From the NCBI GenBank assembly GCA_965248835.1, contig CBDFLJ010000002.1, positions 256,001 to 320,000 of the forward strand: a stretch of 64,000 nucleotides of DNA. Reading direction: 5' to 3'. Below the pieces are notes generated by a model, which did not search any database, had not been told where the DNA came from, and worked only from the letters and a program-made list of their open reading frames with translations. Positions 1 through 9,964 of this stretch are shown piece by piece. Both the position numbers and the translations under genes were made by a program. This stretch comes from Alphaproteobacteria bacterium. Lineage in GTDB: Bacteria > Pseudomonadota > Alphaproteobacteria > MPNO01. Position 1 is the stretch's first letter. Every line of letters begins with the position of its first letter.

Positions 1-91
1 GGCACCGATGATCGAGAACTGGATCGCCGCGCGTGAGAAGCAAGGCATCCAGGCCCGCGCCATGTACGAGCTGGCGAAGACCGTCAAGTAG
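1..91 (+). CDS. dctP: TRAP transporter substrate-binding protein DctP, C-terminal fragment (5' end outside window)
   Basis: Frame 2 reads APMIENWIAAREKQGIQARAMYELAKTVK-TAG(89-91), resembling a DctP C-terminus; directly upstream of dctQM. Confidence 0.65.
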   Translation, partial: APMIENWIAAREKQGIQARAMYELAKTVK

Positions 92-97
92 GACCAC

Positions 98-140
98 GGC
101 GGAGGTGTGGCGCGATGAACCCTCGCGGCGCACCTCCGCC
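98..140 (+). other. Intercistronic stem-loop between dctP and dctQ
   Basis: GGCGGAGGTG (98-107) is the reverse complement of CACCTCCGCC (131-140). Confidence 0.55.
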
Positions 141-166
141 GATCATGGGTGTGCTTTAGACACCTG

Positions 167-667
167 ATGAATGGCGGGCCACGCGTGAATCGTCTCGAGA
201 GCTTGATAGAACGGACCGTGCGCGGTCTGGCCATCGTCGCCGGCTTCGCCATCGTCGCGATGATGCTGCTGACCTGCGCGGACGTCTTTCTGCGCTACTT
301 CCTCAACGCCCCGATCGAAGGCACCTTCGACATTACCCAGATGCTTATGGTCGTCATCGTCTTTTTCGCGCTGGGCTATTGCGGCTGGACTGGCGGACAC
401 GTCGTCGTCGACCTGCTGCGCGACGTGTTTTCGCGAAGGCTGCTGATTATTCTCTCCGTCCTGGTGAACGCCATCGGCGCCGCGGTGATGCTCGCCATCG
501 TGTGGCAGGCGACATTGACCGCGCTCGACTTCATACGCACCGGCGAGACGCCGATGACGGTGCTAATCCCCAAATATCCTTTCATTATCGTGACGAGTTT
601 CGGGGCACTGGTCTACGCGGTGGTGCTGCTGTTCAAGACACGCTGGCCCGACGAGCGGGTAGAATAG
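167..667 (+). CDS. dctQ: TRAP transporter small permease DctQ
   Basis: 4 hydrophobic segments, DVFLRYFLNAPIEG and GGHVVVDL motifs; start uncertain (ATG167 or GTG185). Confidence 0.9.
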   Translation: MNGGPRVNRLESLIERTVRGLAIVAGFAIVAMMLLTCADVFLRYFLNAPIEGTFDITQMLMVVIVFFALGYCGWTGGHVVVDLLRDVFSRRLLIILSVLVNAIGAAVMLAIVWQATLTALDFIRTGETPMTVLIPKYPFIIVTSFGALVYAVVLLFKTRWPDERVE

Positions 668-1975
668 ATGAGCCCCGTCACCATCGGTCTCATCGGCATC
701 CTGGCCCTGCTTGGCCTGCTGGCCATCCGCATGCCGGTCGGCGTCGCGCTGATCGTGGTCGGGCTTCTCGGCTTTGCCGCCGTCGCGGGCTGGGACGCGG
801 CGTTGGGCCTGCTCGGCGCATCGCCGTTCGAGCATAGCTTCAATTATGAGCTTAGCGTCATCCCGCTATTCGTTTTGATGGGAAATTTCGCCCTGGTCTC
901 CGGCATGAGCGGCGACGCCTACAACGCCGGTCAACGCTGGGTCGGCCATTGGCGGGGCGGGCTGGCGTCCGCCACGATCGTCGCGTGCTCGTTCTTCGCC
1001 GCCGTTTCGGGGTCTTCGGTAGCGTCCGCCGCCACCATGGGCGCGGTGGCCCTGCCGGAAATGCGCAAACGGGGCTACAGCACGCGGCTCGCGACGGGCT
1101 GTATCGCGGCCGGCGGCACGCTCGGGATCCTGATCCCGCCATCGACCGGCTTCGTCGTCTACGCAATCCTTACCGAGGAATCGATCGGGCGGCTGTTCCT
1201 CGCCGGCTTTTTCCCGGGACTGTTGCTGACCGTGCTGTTCGTGCTGACCATCAGCATCTTGACCCGCTTCCGCCCCGAAATGGGCCCGGCGGTACCGCGG
1301 GCGACCTTCGCCGAACGGCTCGGCGGGCTTCGTCAGGTCAGCGCGCTGTTGACGATGATCGTCATCACCTTGGGCGGCATTTATATCGGCGTGTTCACGC
1401 CCACCGAGGCGGCGGCGGTTGGCGCATTGTTTTCGATCGTGCTGGCGTTCTGGCGCCGCCGCGCGACCCCGGCCAACTGTCTCGACGCGTTGTTGCAGAC
1501 GGCGCGGACCACATCGTTCGTGTTCCTGATCCTAATCGGAGCGCATCTGTTTTCGCCGTTTCTCGCCGTCGCTCAAATATCAGCCACCATCTCGACCTTT
1601 ATCGAAAACGTCGACGCCTCGCCCAACATGGTGCTTTTCATGTTGCTGGTGCTGTTCATCGTTCTCGGCACCTTCCTTGAAGGCTTCGCGATGCTGGTCC
1701 TCACCTTGCCGATCGTGTTCCCCGTGATTACCGACCTCGGGTTCGACCCGATCTGGTTCGGCGTCGTCATGGTGATCGTGCTCGAGATGGGACTGATCAG
1801 CCCACCGGTGGGCGTCAACGTCTTCGTCGTCAAGGGCGTCGCGAAAGACGTGCCGATGAAGGAGATATTTATCGGGATCCTGCCGTTCTGGGCGACGATG
1901 CTGGTGTGTCTCGCGGTGCTGGTGGCATTCCCCGAAATCGCCCTGTTCCTCCCGAACTCGATGATTCAGAAATAG
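668..1975 (+). CDS. dctM: TRAP transporter large permease DctM
   Basis: 435 aa, highly hydrophobic, SGSSVASAA, GGTLGILIPPS, FTPTEAAA, ISPPVGVNVF motifs. Confidence 0.95.
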   Translation: MSPVTIGLIGILALLGLLAIRMPVGVALIVVGLLGFAAVAGWDAALGLLGASPFEHSFNYELSVIPLFVLMGNFALVSGMSGDAYNAGQRWVGHWRGGLASATIVACSFFAAVSGSSVASAATMGAVALPEMRKRGYSTRLATGCIAAGGTLGILIPPSTGFVVYAILTEESIGRLFLAGFFPGLLLTVLFVLTISILTRFRPEMGPAVPRATFAERLGGLRQVSALLTMIVITLGGIYIGVFTPTEAAAVGALFSIVLAFWRRRATPANCLDALLQTARTTSFVFLILIGAHLFSPFLAVAQISATISTFIENVDASPNMVLFMLLVLFIVLGTFLEGFAMLVLTLPIVFPVITDLGFDPIWFGVVMVIVLEMGLISPPVGVNVFVVKGVAKDVPMKEIFIGILPFWATMLVCLAVLVAFPEIALFLPNSMIQK

Positions 1976-1984
1976 GTCGGGTAC

Positions 1985-2340
1985 CTATGCTCCGCCGGCG
2001 GGCCATTCCTCGCCTTCTCGCGTCAGCGCGGCCTCCTCGGGGCTGTAAACGGCGGCCACGGGAAGCGATGGGACACCGGTTTTCGATTGTCGGAAACTGA
2101 GGAAGCGGGTTTCGGGAGAAAAGGGCGACAGGTCGATCTCCGCAAAGAAAGACTCGGGCACGCCTCTCGGATCCACCGGGTCCATGCGGTCTTTTTCGTA
2201 GACGCCCGCCCTCTTGGAGATGCGCCACGCCCCGTCGCGTTTTTCCAACAGATCGAAGAACCGGAACAGCAATTGAAAGTCGAATTCGTGGCCCCAGAGC
2301 ATTTGTCTGACATCAGCGCCTATCGTACAGATTGAGGTGA
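1985..2340 (-). pseudogene. N-terminally truncated SnoaL/NTF2-like protein remnant
   Basis: RFFDLLEKRDGAWRISKRAGVYEKDRMDPVDP resembles the C-terminal half of SnoaL-like proteins; in-frame stop upstream and no plausible full N-terminus; locally lower GC. Confidence 0.5.
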
Positions 2341-2613
2341 TTTCGTAATGGAGGGATTCTGTCTCATCTCCGGTCCCGTGGTCTGGAACCCGCCAGTCAT
2401 CGCCAATATGTCAGATTTAGTCAGAGCTAATACAGGCAACGGGTGATCGGAGCCGTGTCACCGCCGGCCGGCTCCGCGATGCACATCCTGTGCGCTCGGT
2501 CCTCGGCCGCTCGCTTCCGCACCGTTGGGTCGTTCCCCGTGCTTCCTACAATCACGTTCGGAAGCCGCGCGACGGGCGCTGCCGCTCGCACGCCGCCCGG
2601 GGTTCCGCGGGTC

Positions 2614-3735
2614 CTATGCGGACCGCGCCGCCGCGTGCTCGGTTGCGAGATAGACCTCGGTCTGCATTTCGTGGAGCCTGGAGATCGCACGTCTGAAGGC
2701 AAACGCGGCATCCCCGTCGGGATAGAGCGCATCGGGCGGCGCATCGGCCGAGACGACAAGGTTGACCCGGTGGTCGTAGAGCGCATCGATCAGGGTGACG
2801 AACCGCCTGGCCTCGTCGGCCCGGGCGGCGGCCAGGCAGGGCACGTCTGCGACCACCAGGGTGTGGAAGGTGCGGGCCAGGGTCAGGTAGTCGGCGGCCC
2901 CGAGCGGGCGGCCGCACAGCTCCGCGAAGGTGAACGCCGCCACGCCGCGGGCCGCCCGCGGCACCCGAAGCGTGCGCCCCTGGACCTCGAGCCGGGCCGC
3001 GTGCGGCACCGCGCCCTCGGTCAGCGCGCCGAACGCGGCCTCGATCGCGGCCTCGGCCGCCTCCCCGAGCGGGGTGTGATAGAGCTTGAGCGCGCCGATC
3101 TTCTCGCGGCGGTAGTCGGTCGGCCCGTCGAGCGCCAGCAGATCGAGCCGCGCCAGCAAGAGCTCGATGAACGGTGTGAAACGGTCGCGCTGCAGCCCGT
3201 CCTTGTAGAGTTCCGCCGGCGGAACGTTGCTGGTGGCCACCACGACGACGCCGCAATCGAACAGCGCCTCGAACAGCCGGCCGAGGATCATCGCATCGGC
3301 AATGTTCTCGACCTGGAACTCGTCGAAACAGAGCAGCCAGGCGTGCGCGGCAATCTCGGCGGCGACGCGCCGGAGCGGGTCGCGCCGCCGCGCACCGCGC
3401 AGCGCGTGCAGCCGGTCCTGAATTTCGAGCATGAACGGGTGAAAATGGGTTCGCCGCTTGGCCGCCAGCGGCACCGATTCGAAGAACAGGTCCATCACCA
3501 TGGTCTTGCCGCGCCCGACCCCGCCGAACAGATAGAGCCCCTGCGGCGGGTCCTCGCGGCGTTGCCCGAGACCGAGCCGGGCCCGCCAGCCCGGCCGGCC
3601 GGTCTCCGGGCGGTAACCGATCAGCGCGTTGTGCAGGCTCTGCAGCTTCTCGGCGGCCAGCGCCTGGTCGGGATCCGGCCTCAGCGCGCCGGCACGGATG
3701 CGGGCGCGCCAGACCGCGAGCGGTCCTTCACTCAT
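2614..3735 (-). CDS. zapE: Cell division ATPase ZapE (AFG1 family)
   Basis: GLYLFGGVGRGKT Walker A, LLCFDEFQV Walker B, ATSN, RRFVTLIDALYD; typical position downstream of sdhB. Confidence 0.95.
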   Translation of the reverse strand: MSEGPLAVWRARIRAGALRPDPDQALAAEKLQSLHNALIGYRPETGRPGWRARLGLGQRREDPPQGLYLFGGVGRGKTMVMDLFFESVPLAAKRRTHFHPFMLEIQDRLHALRGARRRDPLRRVAAEIAAHAWLLCFDEFQVENIADAMILGRLFEALFDCGVVVVATSNVPPAELYKDGLQRDRFTPFIELLLARLDLLALDGPTDYRREKIGALKLYHTPLGEAAEAAIEAAFGALTEGAVPHAARLEVQGRTLRVPRAARGVAAFTFAELCGRPLGAADYLTLARTFHTLVVADVPCLAAARADEARRFVTLIDALYDHRVNLVVSADAPPDALYPDGDAAFAFRRAISRLHEMQTEVYLATEHAAARSA

Positions 3736-3836
3736 CCGGCGGCTACGGCGGTTGACGGGCAGCGGCGGCCGCCGTTGATAGCCGATCCGCAGCCGTGATC
3801 AAGCAAATTCCACCCACCCGAGTGCCGCGGCAACCG

Positions 3837-4747
3837 TCACCGCCGCTCTCTTCCGGCGCGTGCCTCGCCGAGGGTGACCAAGGCAATACCGGCGGTGATC
3901 ACCACCAGCCCTGCGAGATGTGTCAGCGTCAGGGTTTCGCCGAACAGCAGGCTGGAGGTGGTTGTGATCCCGACGGGGACGCCCAGAAATCCGATCGATG
4001 CGGTGATTGCCGGCAAATAGCGCATGGTCGTGGTCAATGCCCAAAAGGTCACCGAGGTCCCCAACGGGCCGATCAGCGCGATGAGTCCGACATTGTCGCG
4101 GCTCCATTCGATCGACCGGCCGCCTTCCAGCGCCGCCGCAGCGACCAGGACGGTCGCCGCCGCGAACAGCAACTGCCACGGCGCGAGCTGCAGGGTGGTC
4201 AGGTGGTAGGTCCGGGTCCGCAGGTAGAGGATGCACCCCGACCAGGTAAATGCCGCGAGCATCAGCATCGCGTTGCCGATGACGACATCCCGGTCGGTCC
4301 AGTCGAAACCAAGCGGGTTGAACAGGATTACAAGGCCCGCGATACCCACCGCCAGACCCATTGCTTTGGCGGTCCCCAGGCGCTCGCCAAGCAACAGGAC
4401 CGCGAAAGGGGCCACCCAGAGCGGCGTGGAATAGCCCAGCAGCGCCGCTCTGCCGGATCCGACGCTCACCAAGCCGAGATGGGACAGGCTCATGAAGACG
4501 CCCATCATGAACACCCCGAGCGCGACGATGATCGGCACGTCCTGGCGCGCAGGCATGCGGAGCTGCCGGAGCAGGGCGAGCAGGATGAACAGGAAGATCG
4601 ATGCGCTCAGCAGCCGGGCGAAGCCGAACCACAGCGGCGGCATCGCATGCACGCCGATGCGCGCCAGCGGCCACACAGGCCATGGCTGCCGATGGTAAGC
4701 GCGAGCGCAGCGAAACCCAGTGCCGGTTTTACCTCGGGCGATGCGAT
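3837..4747 (-). pseudogene. EamA/DMT family transporter with a 1-nt frameshift near its 5' end (pseudogene or sequence error)
   Basis: Main frame gives WPLARIGVHAMPPLWFGFARL...two EamA repeats; first TM helix (PALGFAALALTIGSHGL) lies in another frame, junction at about 4674-4677; no ATG, but ATC at 4747 follows GGAG. Confidence 0.7.
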
Positions 4748-4768
4748 CTGGCCGCTCCGGGTCTGCCG

Positions 4769-5548
4769 TCAGCGCCGCGCGAGCATGCGCTGCTTGATCT
4801 CGCCGATCGCCTTGGCCGGGTTCAGGCCCTTCGGGCAGGTCTGGGTGCAGTTCATGATCGTGTGGCAGCGGTAGAGCCGGAACGGGTCCTCCAGGGCGTC
4901 CAGCCGCTCGCCGGTCCGCTCGTCGCGCGAATCCACGATCCAGCGGTGGGCCTGGAGCAGGACCGCAGGGCCGAGGTAGCGATCGCCGTTCCACCAATAG
5001 CTCGGACAACTCGTGGTGCAGCAGAAGCACAGGATGCATTCCCACAGCCCGTCGAGCTTCTCCCGCTCCTTCGGCGCCTGCAAACGCTCGGCATCGGGCG
5101 GCGGCGGGGTGTCTGCCTGCAACCACGGCTCGATCGCGGCGTATTGCGCATAGACCGTCGTCAAATCGGGCACCAGGTCCTTGACCACCGGCAGATGGGG
5201 CAGCGGGTAGATCTTCACATCGCCCTTGATCTCGTCGAGATATTTGATGCAGGCCAGCGTGTTGGTGCCGTCGACGTTCATCGCACAGCTCCCGCACACG
5301 CCCTCGCGGCAGGACCGCCGGAAGGTCAGCGTCGAATCGACCTCGTTCTTGATCTTGATCACCGCGTCCAGCACCATCGGGCCGCAGGCGTCAAGGTCGA
5401 TGGTGTAGCTGTCCAGCCGCGGCGTCTCGCCCGAGTCGGGGTCGTAGCGGTAGATCCTGAACGTCTTCGCCCGCTTCGCGCCGGCCGGCGCGGCGTGGGT
5501 CGTTCCGGTGCGGATCCTGGAGTTTTTGGGCAGCGCAAACGCGACCAT
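4769..5548 (-). CDS. sdhB: Succinate dehydrogenase iron-sulfur subunit
   Basis: [36 protein letters not shown] Fe-S motifs. Confidence 0.98.
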   Translation of the reverse strand: MVAFALPKNSRIRTGTTHAAPAGAKRAKTFRIYRYDPDSGETPRLDSYTIDLDACGPMVLDAVIKIKNEVDSTLTFRRSCREGVCGSCAMNVDGTNTLACIKYLDEIKGDVKIYPLPHLPVVKDLVPDLTTVYAQYAAIEPWLQADTPPPPDAERLQAPKEREKLDGLWECILCFCCTTSCPSYWWNGDRYLGPAVLLQAHRWIVDSRDERTGERLDALEDPFRLYRCHTIMNCTQTCPKGLNPAKAIGEIKQRMLARR

Positions 5549-5563
5549 CGGTGGTTCCCGGAC

Positions 5564-7357
5564 TTAGTAGACCCGGTCCTTGGGCGGGATCGCCTGGACC
5601 TCGTTGCTCATGGTGTTGGTGTGAACCGGCCGGTAGTCGATGCGCGAGGTGCCGTCCCCGTCCAGCCACACCAGCGTGTGCTTCATCCAGTTCTCGTCGT
5701 CGCGCTCGGGGAAATCCTCGCGCGCGTGTCCGCCGCGGCTTTCCTCGCGATTGAGCGCGGCGTCCACGCTGACCACCGACTGGGCGAGCAGGTTGTCGAA
5801 CTCCAGCGCCTCGACCAGATCCGAGTTCCAGATCATCGAGCGGTCCGAGACCGCCATGTCGTCCCGCCCGCCCCACAGCGCGGCCAGCCTGGTCTTGCCT
5901 TCGGCAAGGATTTCGCCGGTGCGGAAGACCGCGCAATGGCTCTGCATGATCTGTTGCATCGCCAGCCGCAGCGCGGCGCAGGGTGTGCCTCCCTTGGCAT
6001 GGCGGCGCTCGTCCAGCCGGTCGAGCGCGCCCTGGCCGGCATCGGCCGGCAGCGGCGCCTGGTTGGCGCCGGGCTCGATGATCGCGACGCACCGGTCCGC
6101 CGCCGCCCGGCCGAACACCACAAGATCGAGCAGCGAGTTCGAGCCCAGACGGTTCGCACCGTGGACGGAGACGCAGGCCGCCTCGCCGATCGCCATCAGC
6201 CCGCCGACCGGGGTCTCGGCATCACCGTTCAGGGGCGCCACCACCTCGCCCAGATAGTTGGTCGGAACGCCGCCCATGTTGTAGTGGACGGTCGGCAGCA
6301 CCGGGATCGGCTCGCGGGTGACGTCAACACCGGCGAAGATCCGCGCGGTCTCGGCGATGCCCGGCAGGCGCTGGCCGATGATATCCGCGTCCAGGTGCTC
6401 GATATGCAGGTGGATGTGGTCCTTCTCGGGTCCGACGCCGCGCCCCTCGCGCATCTCCACGGTCATCGACCGGCTGACCACGTCGCGCGAGGCGAGGTCC
6501 TTGACGTTGGGCGCATAGCGCTCCATGAACCGCTCACCCTCGGCGTTGGTCAGATAGCCGCCCTCGCCGCGCACGCCTTCGGTAATCAGGCAGCCGGCGC
6601 CATAGATCCCCGTCGGGTGAAACTGGATGAACTCCATGTCCTCCAACGGCAGGCCGGCGCGAAGTACCATCGCATTGCCGTCGCCGGTCTGGCTGTGAGC
6701 GCCGGTGCAGGAGAAATAGGCCCGCCCGTACCCGCCGGTCGCGATCAGGGTCATCTGCGCCTGGAAGCGGTGGATGGTGCCGTCCTCGAGGTTCCAGGCC
6801 ATCACCCCGCGGCAGGTCCCGACCTCGTCGACGATCAGGTCGATCGCGAAATATTCGACGAAGAACGCCACGTCGTGGCGCAGCGACTGCTGGTAGAGGG
6901 TGTGCAGGATGGCATGGCCGGTCCGGTCGGCGGCCGCGGCCGTGCGCTGGGCCGGCGGGCCTTCGCCGTACCTGGTGGTCATGCCGCCGAACGGGCGCTG
7001 GTAGATTTTTCCCTCCGGCGTGCGCGAGAACGGCACGCCGTAGTGCTCGAGCTCGATGACCGCGGGGACCGCCTCGCGGCACATGTATTCGATCGCGTCC
7101 TGATCGCCCAGCCAGTCCGCGCCCTTGACGGTATCGTAGAAATGCCAGCGCCAGTCGTCCTCGGCCATGTTGCCGAGCGCCGCCGAGATGCCGCCCTGGG
7201 CGGCCACCGTATGGCTGCGTGTCGGGAAGACCTTGGTGATACAGGCCGTGCGCAGGCCCTTGACCGCCATGCCGAACGTTGCGCGCAGCCCGGCGCCGCC
7301 GGCGCCGATGACGATCACGTCATAGGTGTGATCGACGATCTCGTAAGCCTTCAACAC
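5564..7357 (-). CDS. sdhA: Succinate dehydrogenase flavoprotein subunit
   Basis: [16 protein letters not shown] covalent FAD site, [23 protein letters not shown]. Confidence 0.99.
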   Translation of the reverse strand: MLKAYEIVDHTYDVIVIGAGGAGLRATFGMAVKGLRTACITKVFPTRSHTVAAQGGISAALGNMAEDDWRWHFYDTVKGADWLGDQDAIEYMCREAVPAVIELEHYGVPFSRTPEGKIYQRPFGGMTTRYGEGPPAQRTAAAADRTGHAILHTLYQQSLRHDVAFFVEYFAIDLIVDEVGTCRGVMAWNLEDGTIHRFQAQMTLIATGGYGRAYFSCTGAHSQTGDGNAMVLRAGLPLEDMEFIQFHPTGIYGAGCLITEGVRGEGGYLTNAEGERFMERYAPNVKDLASRDVVSRSMTVEMREGRGVGPEKDHIHLHIEHLDADIIGQRLPGIAETARIFAGVDVTREPIPVLPTVHYNMGGVPTNYLGEVVAPLNGDAETPVGGLMAIGEAACVSVHGANRLGSNSLLDLVVFGRAAADRCVAIIEPGANQAPLPADAGQGALDRLDERRHAKGGTPCAALRLAMQQIMQSHCAVFRTGEILAEGKTRLAALWGGRDDMAVSDRSMIWNSDLVEALEFDNLLAQSVVSVDAALNREESRGGHAREDFPERDDENWMKHTLVWLDGDGTSRIDYRPVHTNTMSNEVQAIPPKDRVY

Positions 7358-7360
7358 CGC

Positions 7361-7741
7361 TCAGCCCCCGAAGGCGAGCTTGAGGATGGCGAACGCCGCG
7401 GCGATGCCCAACGCCACGGCGGCAAACTTGACGGCCAGGATCGACGCGATCTTGAGCCATTCGGTGTGGACGTAGTCCTCGATCACCACCTGCAGGCCGA
7501 GCTGGGCGTGGTGAAAGCCGGCCACCACCGTCAGCAGCATCGCGATCGCGACCAGCGGATCGCCCATCCACGCCGCGAAGGCGGCATGATCGGCGCCGGT
7601 ATTCGCGGCAAGCGTGGCGACAAACCATACCGTCAGCGGCACCAGGGCGACCGCCGTGGCGCGCTGCGCCCACCAATGCGCGGTCCCATCCCTGGCCGAA
7701 CCGAGCCCGCGCGCGCGCGCCAGCGGAGACCGCAGGCTCAT
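7361..7741 (-). CDS. sdhD: Succinate dehydrogenase hydrophobic anchor subunit
   Basis: MSLRSPLARARGLGSA..HWWAQR..HAQLGLQVVIEDY; ATG overlaps sdhC stop (ATGA). Confidence 0.95.
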   Translation of the reverse strand: MSLRSPLARARGLGSARDGTAHWWAQRATAVALVPLTVWFVATLAANTGADHAAFAAWMGDPLVAIAMLLTVVAGFHHAQLGLQVVIEDYVHTEWLKIASILAVKFAAVALGIAAAFAILKLAFGG

Positions 7742-8136
7742 GCGAACGCTCCCAAGCTGGCATACCCCCAGATCCAGGCGATGGCCGTCAGGACCACCGC
7801 AGCCAGCACGACCAGCCAGCCCGAGGCGTGGACGGTGTTCAGCCCGAAGCCGCGCCCGGCATCCCAGAACAAGTGCCGGATCCCGTTGCACAGGTGATAG
7901 AACAGCGCGAACGACCAGCCGGCCAGAAGCAGGCGGCCGATCGCCGATCCGGAGAAATTCTGGAAAGCGCCATAGGGCCCCGGTCCCGACGCACCGGCGA
8001 TCAGCCACCAGACCAGCATCAGCAGGCCCACGCCCAGCGCCACGCCGCTCGCACGGTGGGCGATCGACAGCACGGAGGTGATTTGCGGTCGGTAGATCTG
8101 AAGATGCGGGGACAGAGGCCTGTCGGTGTCGGTCAT
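7738..8136 (-). CDS. sdhC: Succinate dehydrogenase cytochrome b556 subunit
   Basis: RPLSPHLQIYR, SIAHRASG, HLCNGIRHLFWD. Confidence 0.97.
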   Translation of the reverse strand: MTDTDRPLSPHLQIYRPQITSVLSIAHRASGVALGVGLLMLVWWLIAGASGPGPYGAFQNFSGSAIGRLLLAGWSFALFYHLCNGIRHLFWDAGRGFGLNTVHASGWLVVLAAVVLTAIAWIWGYASLGAFA

Positions 8137-8251
8137 CGATCCTGTCGCGATTCCGCGCCGGTCGCGGCAACGGCCCGGTTTAGACCGCAGCCCAATTCAA
8201 GTCAATTCTCGCCCCGAGCCGGGCGGCTTGGCCCGCGGCTTGTGGACCGTT

Positions 8252-8299
8252 TGTGGATAAAATGTGCGGGGTTGGACCGCCCGATAGCACTTATTCACA
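8252..8299. promoter_or_regulatory. Pair of DnaA boxes in opposite orientation
   Basis: TGTGGATAA (8252-8260, reverse complement of TTATCCACA) and TTATTCACA (8291-8299, fits TTATNCACA). Confidence 0.55.
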
Positions 8300-8396
8300 G
8301 GAATCTGGGCCGCCGCGCGATTTGCCGTTGCCGCCGCGCGGAACGGTAGGAGACGATTATCGCGCGCGCAGGCGTGGGAGATGTCGGGGTCTAACG

Positions 8397-8910
8397 GAAG
8401 AAGACGCTGCGCGGTCGTTCTTCTTCGATTGGCCTTGCCGTCTCCGCGAGGCCTGGAGGCGTATTGCGCCGGACGGGTCTCGCTCCGCTCTGGTGAAGGG
8501 TCCGTACCTCCGCGGGCCTTAGCCGGTTGGCGGGGAGTCCGTGGAACGTTGGAGGGAGAGGCACCACCAAGCAGGCCGATGCCGTTTCGACGGTGGGGGT
8601 CGTCCGGTCCAAGGCTGATTGCAACCGCGATCCGCAGCGGGCCGGGCCGAGGTCGGGATGTTTTCCCCGAAGCATCGTGACCGGGAGCGAAAAGGTGCCG
8701 TGGCGGACCGCGGATTGCCCGGCTACGGGGTGCCCTGCCCGTTGCCGCAGGCCGATGTTGCGCCAAGGACATCGATCGAACGCTTGGGCCCGGACCCTGG
8801 GACCGCCCGCGCGTCGACGGGCCTTTGGGCTCACGGGGTGCCGAGGATGTCCGCAAGGACGGGGGCAAGGCCACATGGCCGCCCCACTCGGCACCCCGGC
8901 ATTCGGGGCG
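8397..8910 (+). ncRNA. Candidate large structured non-coding RNA of unrecognised class
   Basis: No credible ORF; more than 10 nested and adjacent helices with G-U pairs, UUCG and GCAA tetraloops on the + strand (see findings). Confidence 0.6.
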
Positions 8911-8933
8911 CCTTGCATCTGGGATGATCGCGT

Positions 8934-9833
8934 TCAGCAGGCGCTGCGTTCCAGCGCCGCGATGCGCTCGGCCAGCGCCAGCGTGCGTTCGGCCTCCGCC
9001 ACGTGCAAGCCTTCGATCAGCTTGCCGTCGAGCAGCGTGACGCCCTTGCCTTCTCCGGCCGCGTCCCGCCAGGCTGTGCGGACCCGCCGGGCCCAGTCGA
9101 GCTCCTCGGCCGACGGGCCGTAGGCGGCATTCGCCCCCGCGATGGTCTTGGGGTGGAGCAGGGTCTTGCCGTCGAATCCGAACGCACGCCCCTGCCGGCA
9201 GGCGCGCTCGAACCCGGCATCGTCGGACAGATCGAAATGCGGCGCATCGAGCACCGACAGCCCGGCCGCGCGCGCCGCCAGGATGCACAGCCCGATGCTG
9301 GTCAGAAGCGGCAGCCGGTCGGGCGCGTGCAGGTCGGCGTGGAGTTCCTTCGACAGATCCGCCGTCCCCAGCGTCAGCGCGCCCATCCGCGGATGGGCAA
9401 AGGCCGTCGCGCGCGCGTTCAGCACGCCGATCGGGGTCTCCAGCATGCACCAGATCGCGGTCCGGGCCGTCGCGTCGGCCTCTTCGAGGAGCGCCGCGAC
9501 CCGCAGGACCGTCTCCGGCCCGTCGACCTTGGGCACCAGCACCGCATCGGCGCCCGAACCGGCCACCGCCGCGATATCGTCCTCGAACCAGACCGTGTCG
9601 GCGCCGTTGATGCGCACCACCAGCTCACGCGGACCGTAGCCGCCGGCCGCGATCTCGGCGAAGACCCTCGCGCGGGCCTCTATCTTGGCCTCGGCCAGGA
9701 CGCCGTCCTCGAGGTCCATGATCAGGACGTCGGCAGCCAGGCTCCTGCCCTTCTCGAGTGCGCGCGGGTTGGCGCCCGGCATATAGAGCGCGCTGCGGCG
9801 CGGGCGGACGGGTCTGTCGGCATGGGCGGGCAT
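8934..9833 (-). CDS. CitE/malyl-CoA lyase family CoA-ester lyase
   Basis: RPRRSALYMPG, DLEDGV, VVRIN, PKV, MLETP, GFDGKTLLHP, LDGKLIEGLH. Confidence 0.92.
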   Translation of the reverse strand: MPAHADRPVRPRRSALYMPGANPRALEKGRSLAADVLIMDLEDGVLAEAKIEARARVFAEIAAGGYGPRELVVRINGADTVWFEDDIAAVAGSGADAVLVPKVDGPETVLRVAALLEEADATARTAIWCMLETPIGVLNARATAFAHPRMGALTLGTADLSKELHADLHAPDRLPLLTSIGLCILAARAAGLSVLDAPHFDLSDDAGFERACRQGRAFGFDGKTLLHPKTIAGANAAYGPSAEELDWARRVRTAWRDAAGEGKGVTLLDGKLIEGLHVAEAERTLALAERIAALERSAC

Positions 9834-9964
9834 CGGCGTGATCCGGGCTCGGGAAACGGCGCGCGGACTATAAGGCGACACCCGGGTGTGAAAAAGTCGG
9901 CCGCGTTGGCGATCCTTTCCATCCATCCACCCGGCGAGCGGGACATCGCGAAGAATATCCGCGC

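Noticed and set aside
4769-4771. sdhB TGA followed by an open frame into the EamA N-terminus as possible Sec read-through
   Set aside because: SdhB is already full length, the UGA is not at a Cys position and there is no CGTG SECIS-like hairpin
4601-7897. 1098-aa plus-strand ORF and the many other long antisense or alternate-frame ORFs (e.g. 11773-13938, 17514-19400, 44940-47183)
   Set aside because: Shadows of well-supported genes in high-GC DNA; Arg/Gly/Ala-rich with no motifs
8241-8300. oriC
   Set aside because: Only two good DnaA boxes, no clear DUE, and no hemE/dnaA/parAB context
8397-8910. RNase P RNA, group II intron, cobalamin riboswitch or selC as identity of the structured element
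   Set aside because: Diagnostic conserved motifs not found on either strand by eye
8197-9450. ORFs across the sdhC-citE gap (8381-8680, 8391-8918, 8527-9123)
   Set aside because: No recognisable domains and atypical composition; better explained by RNA structure
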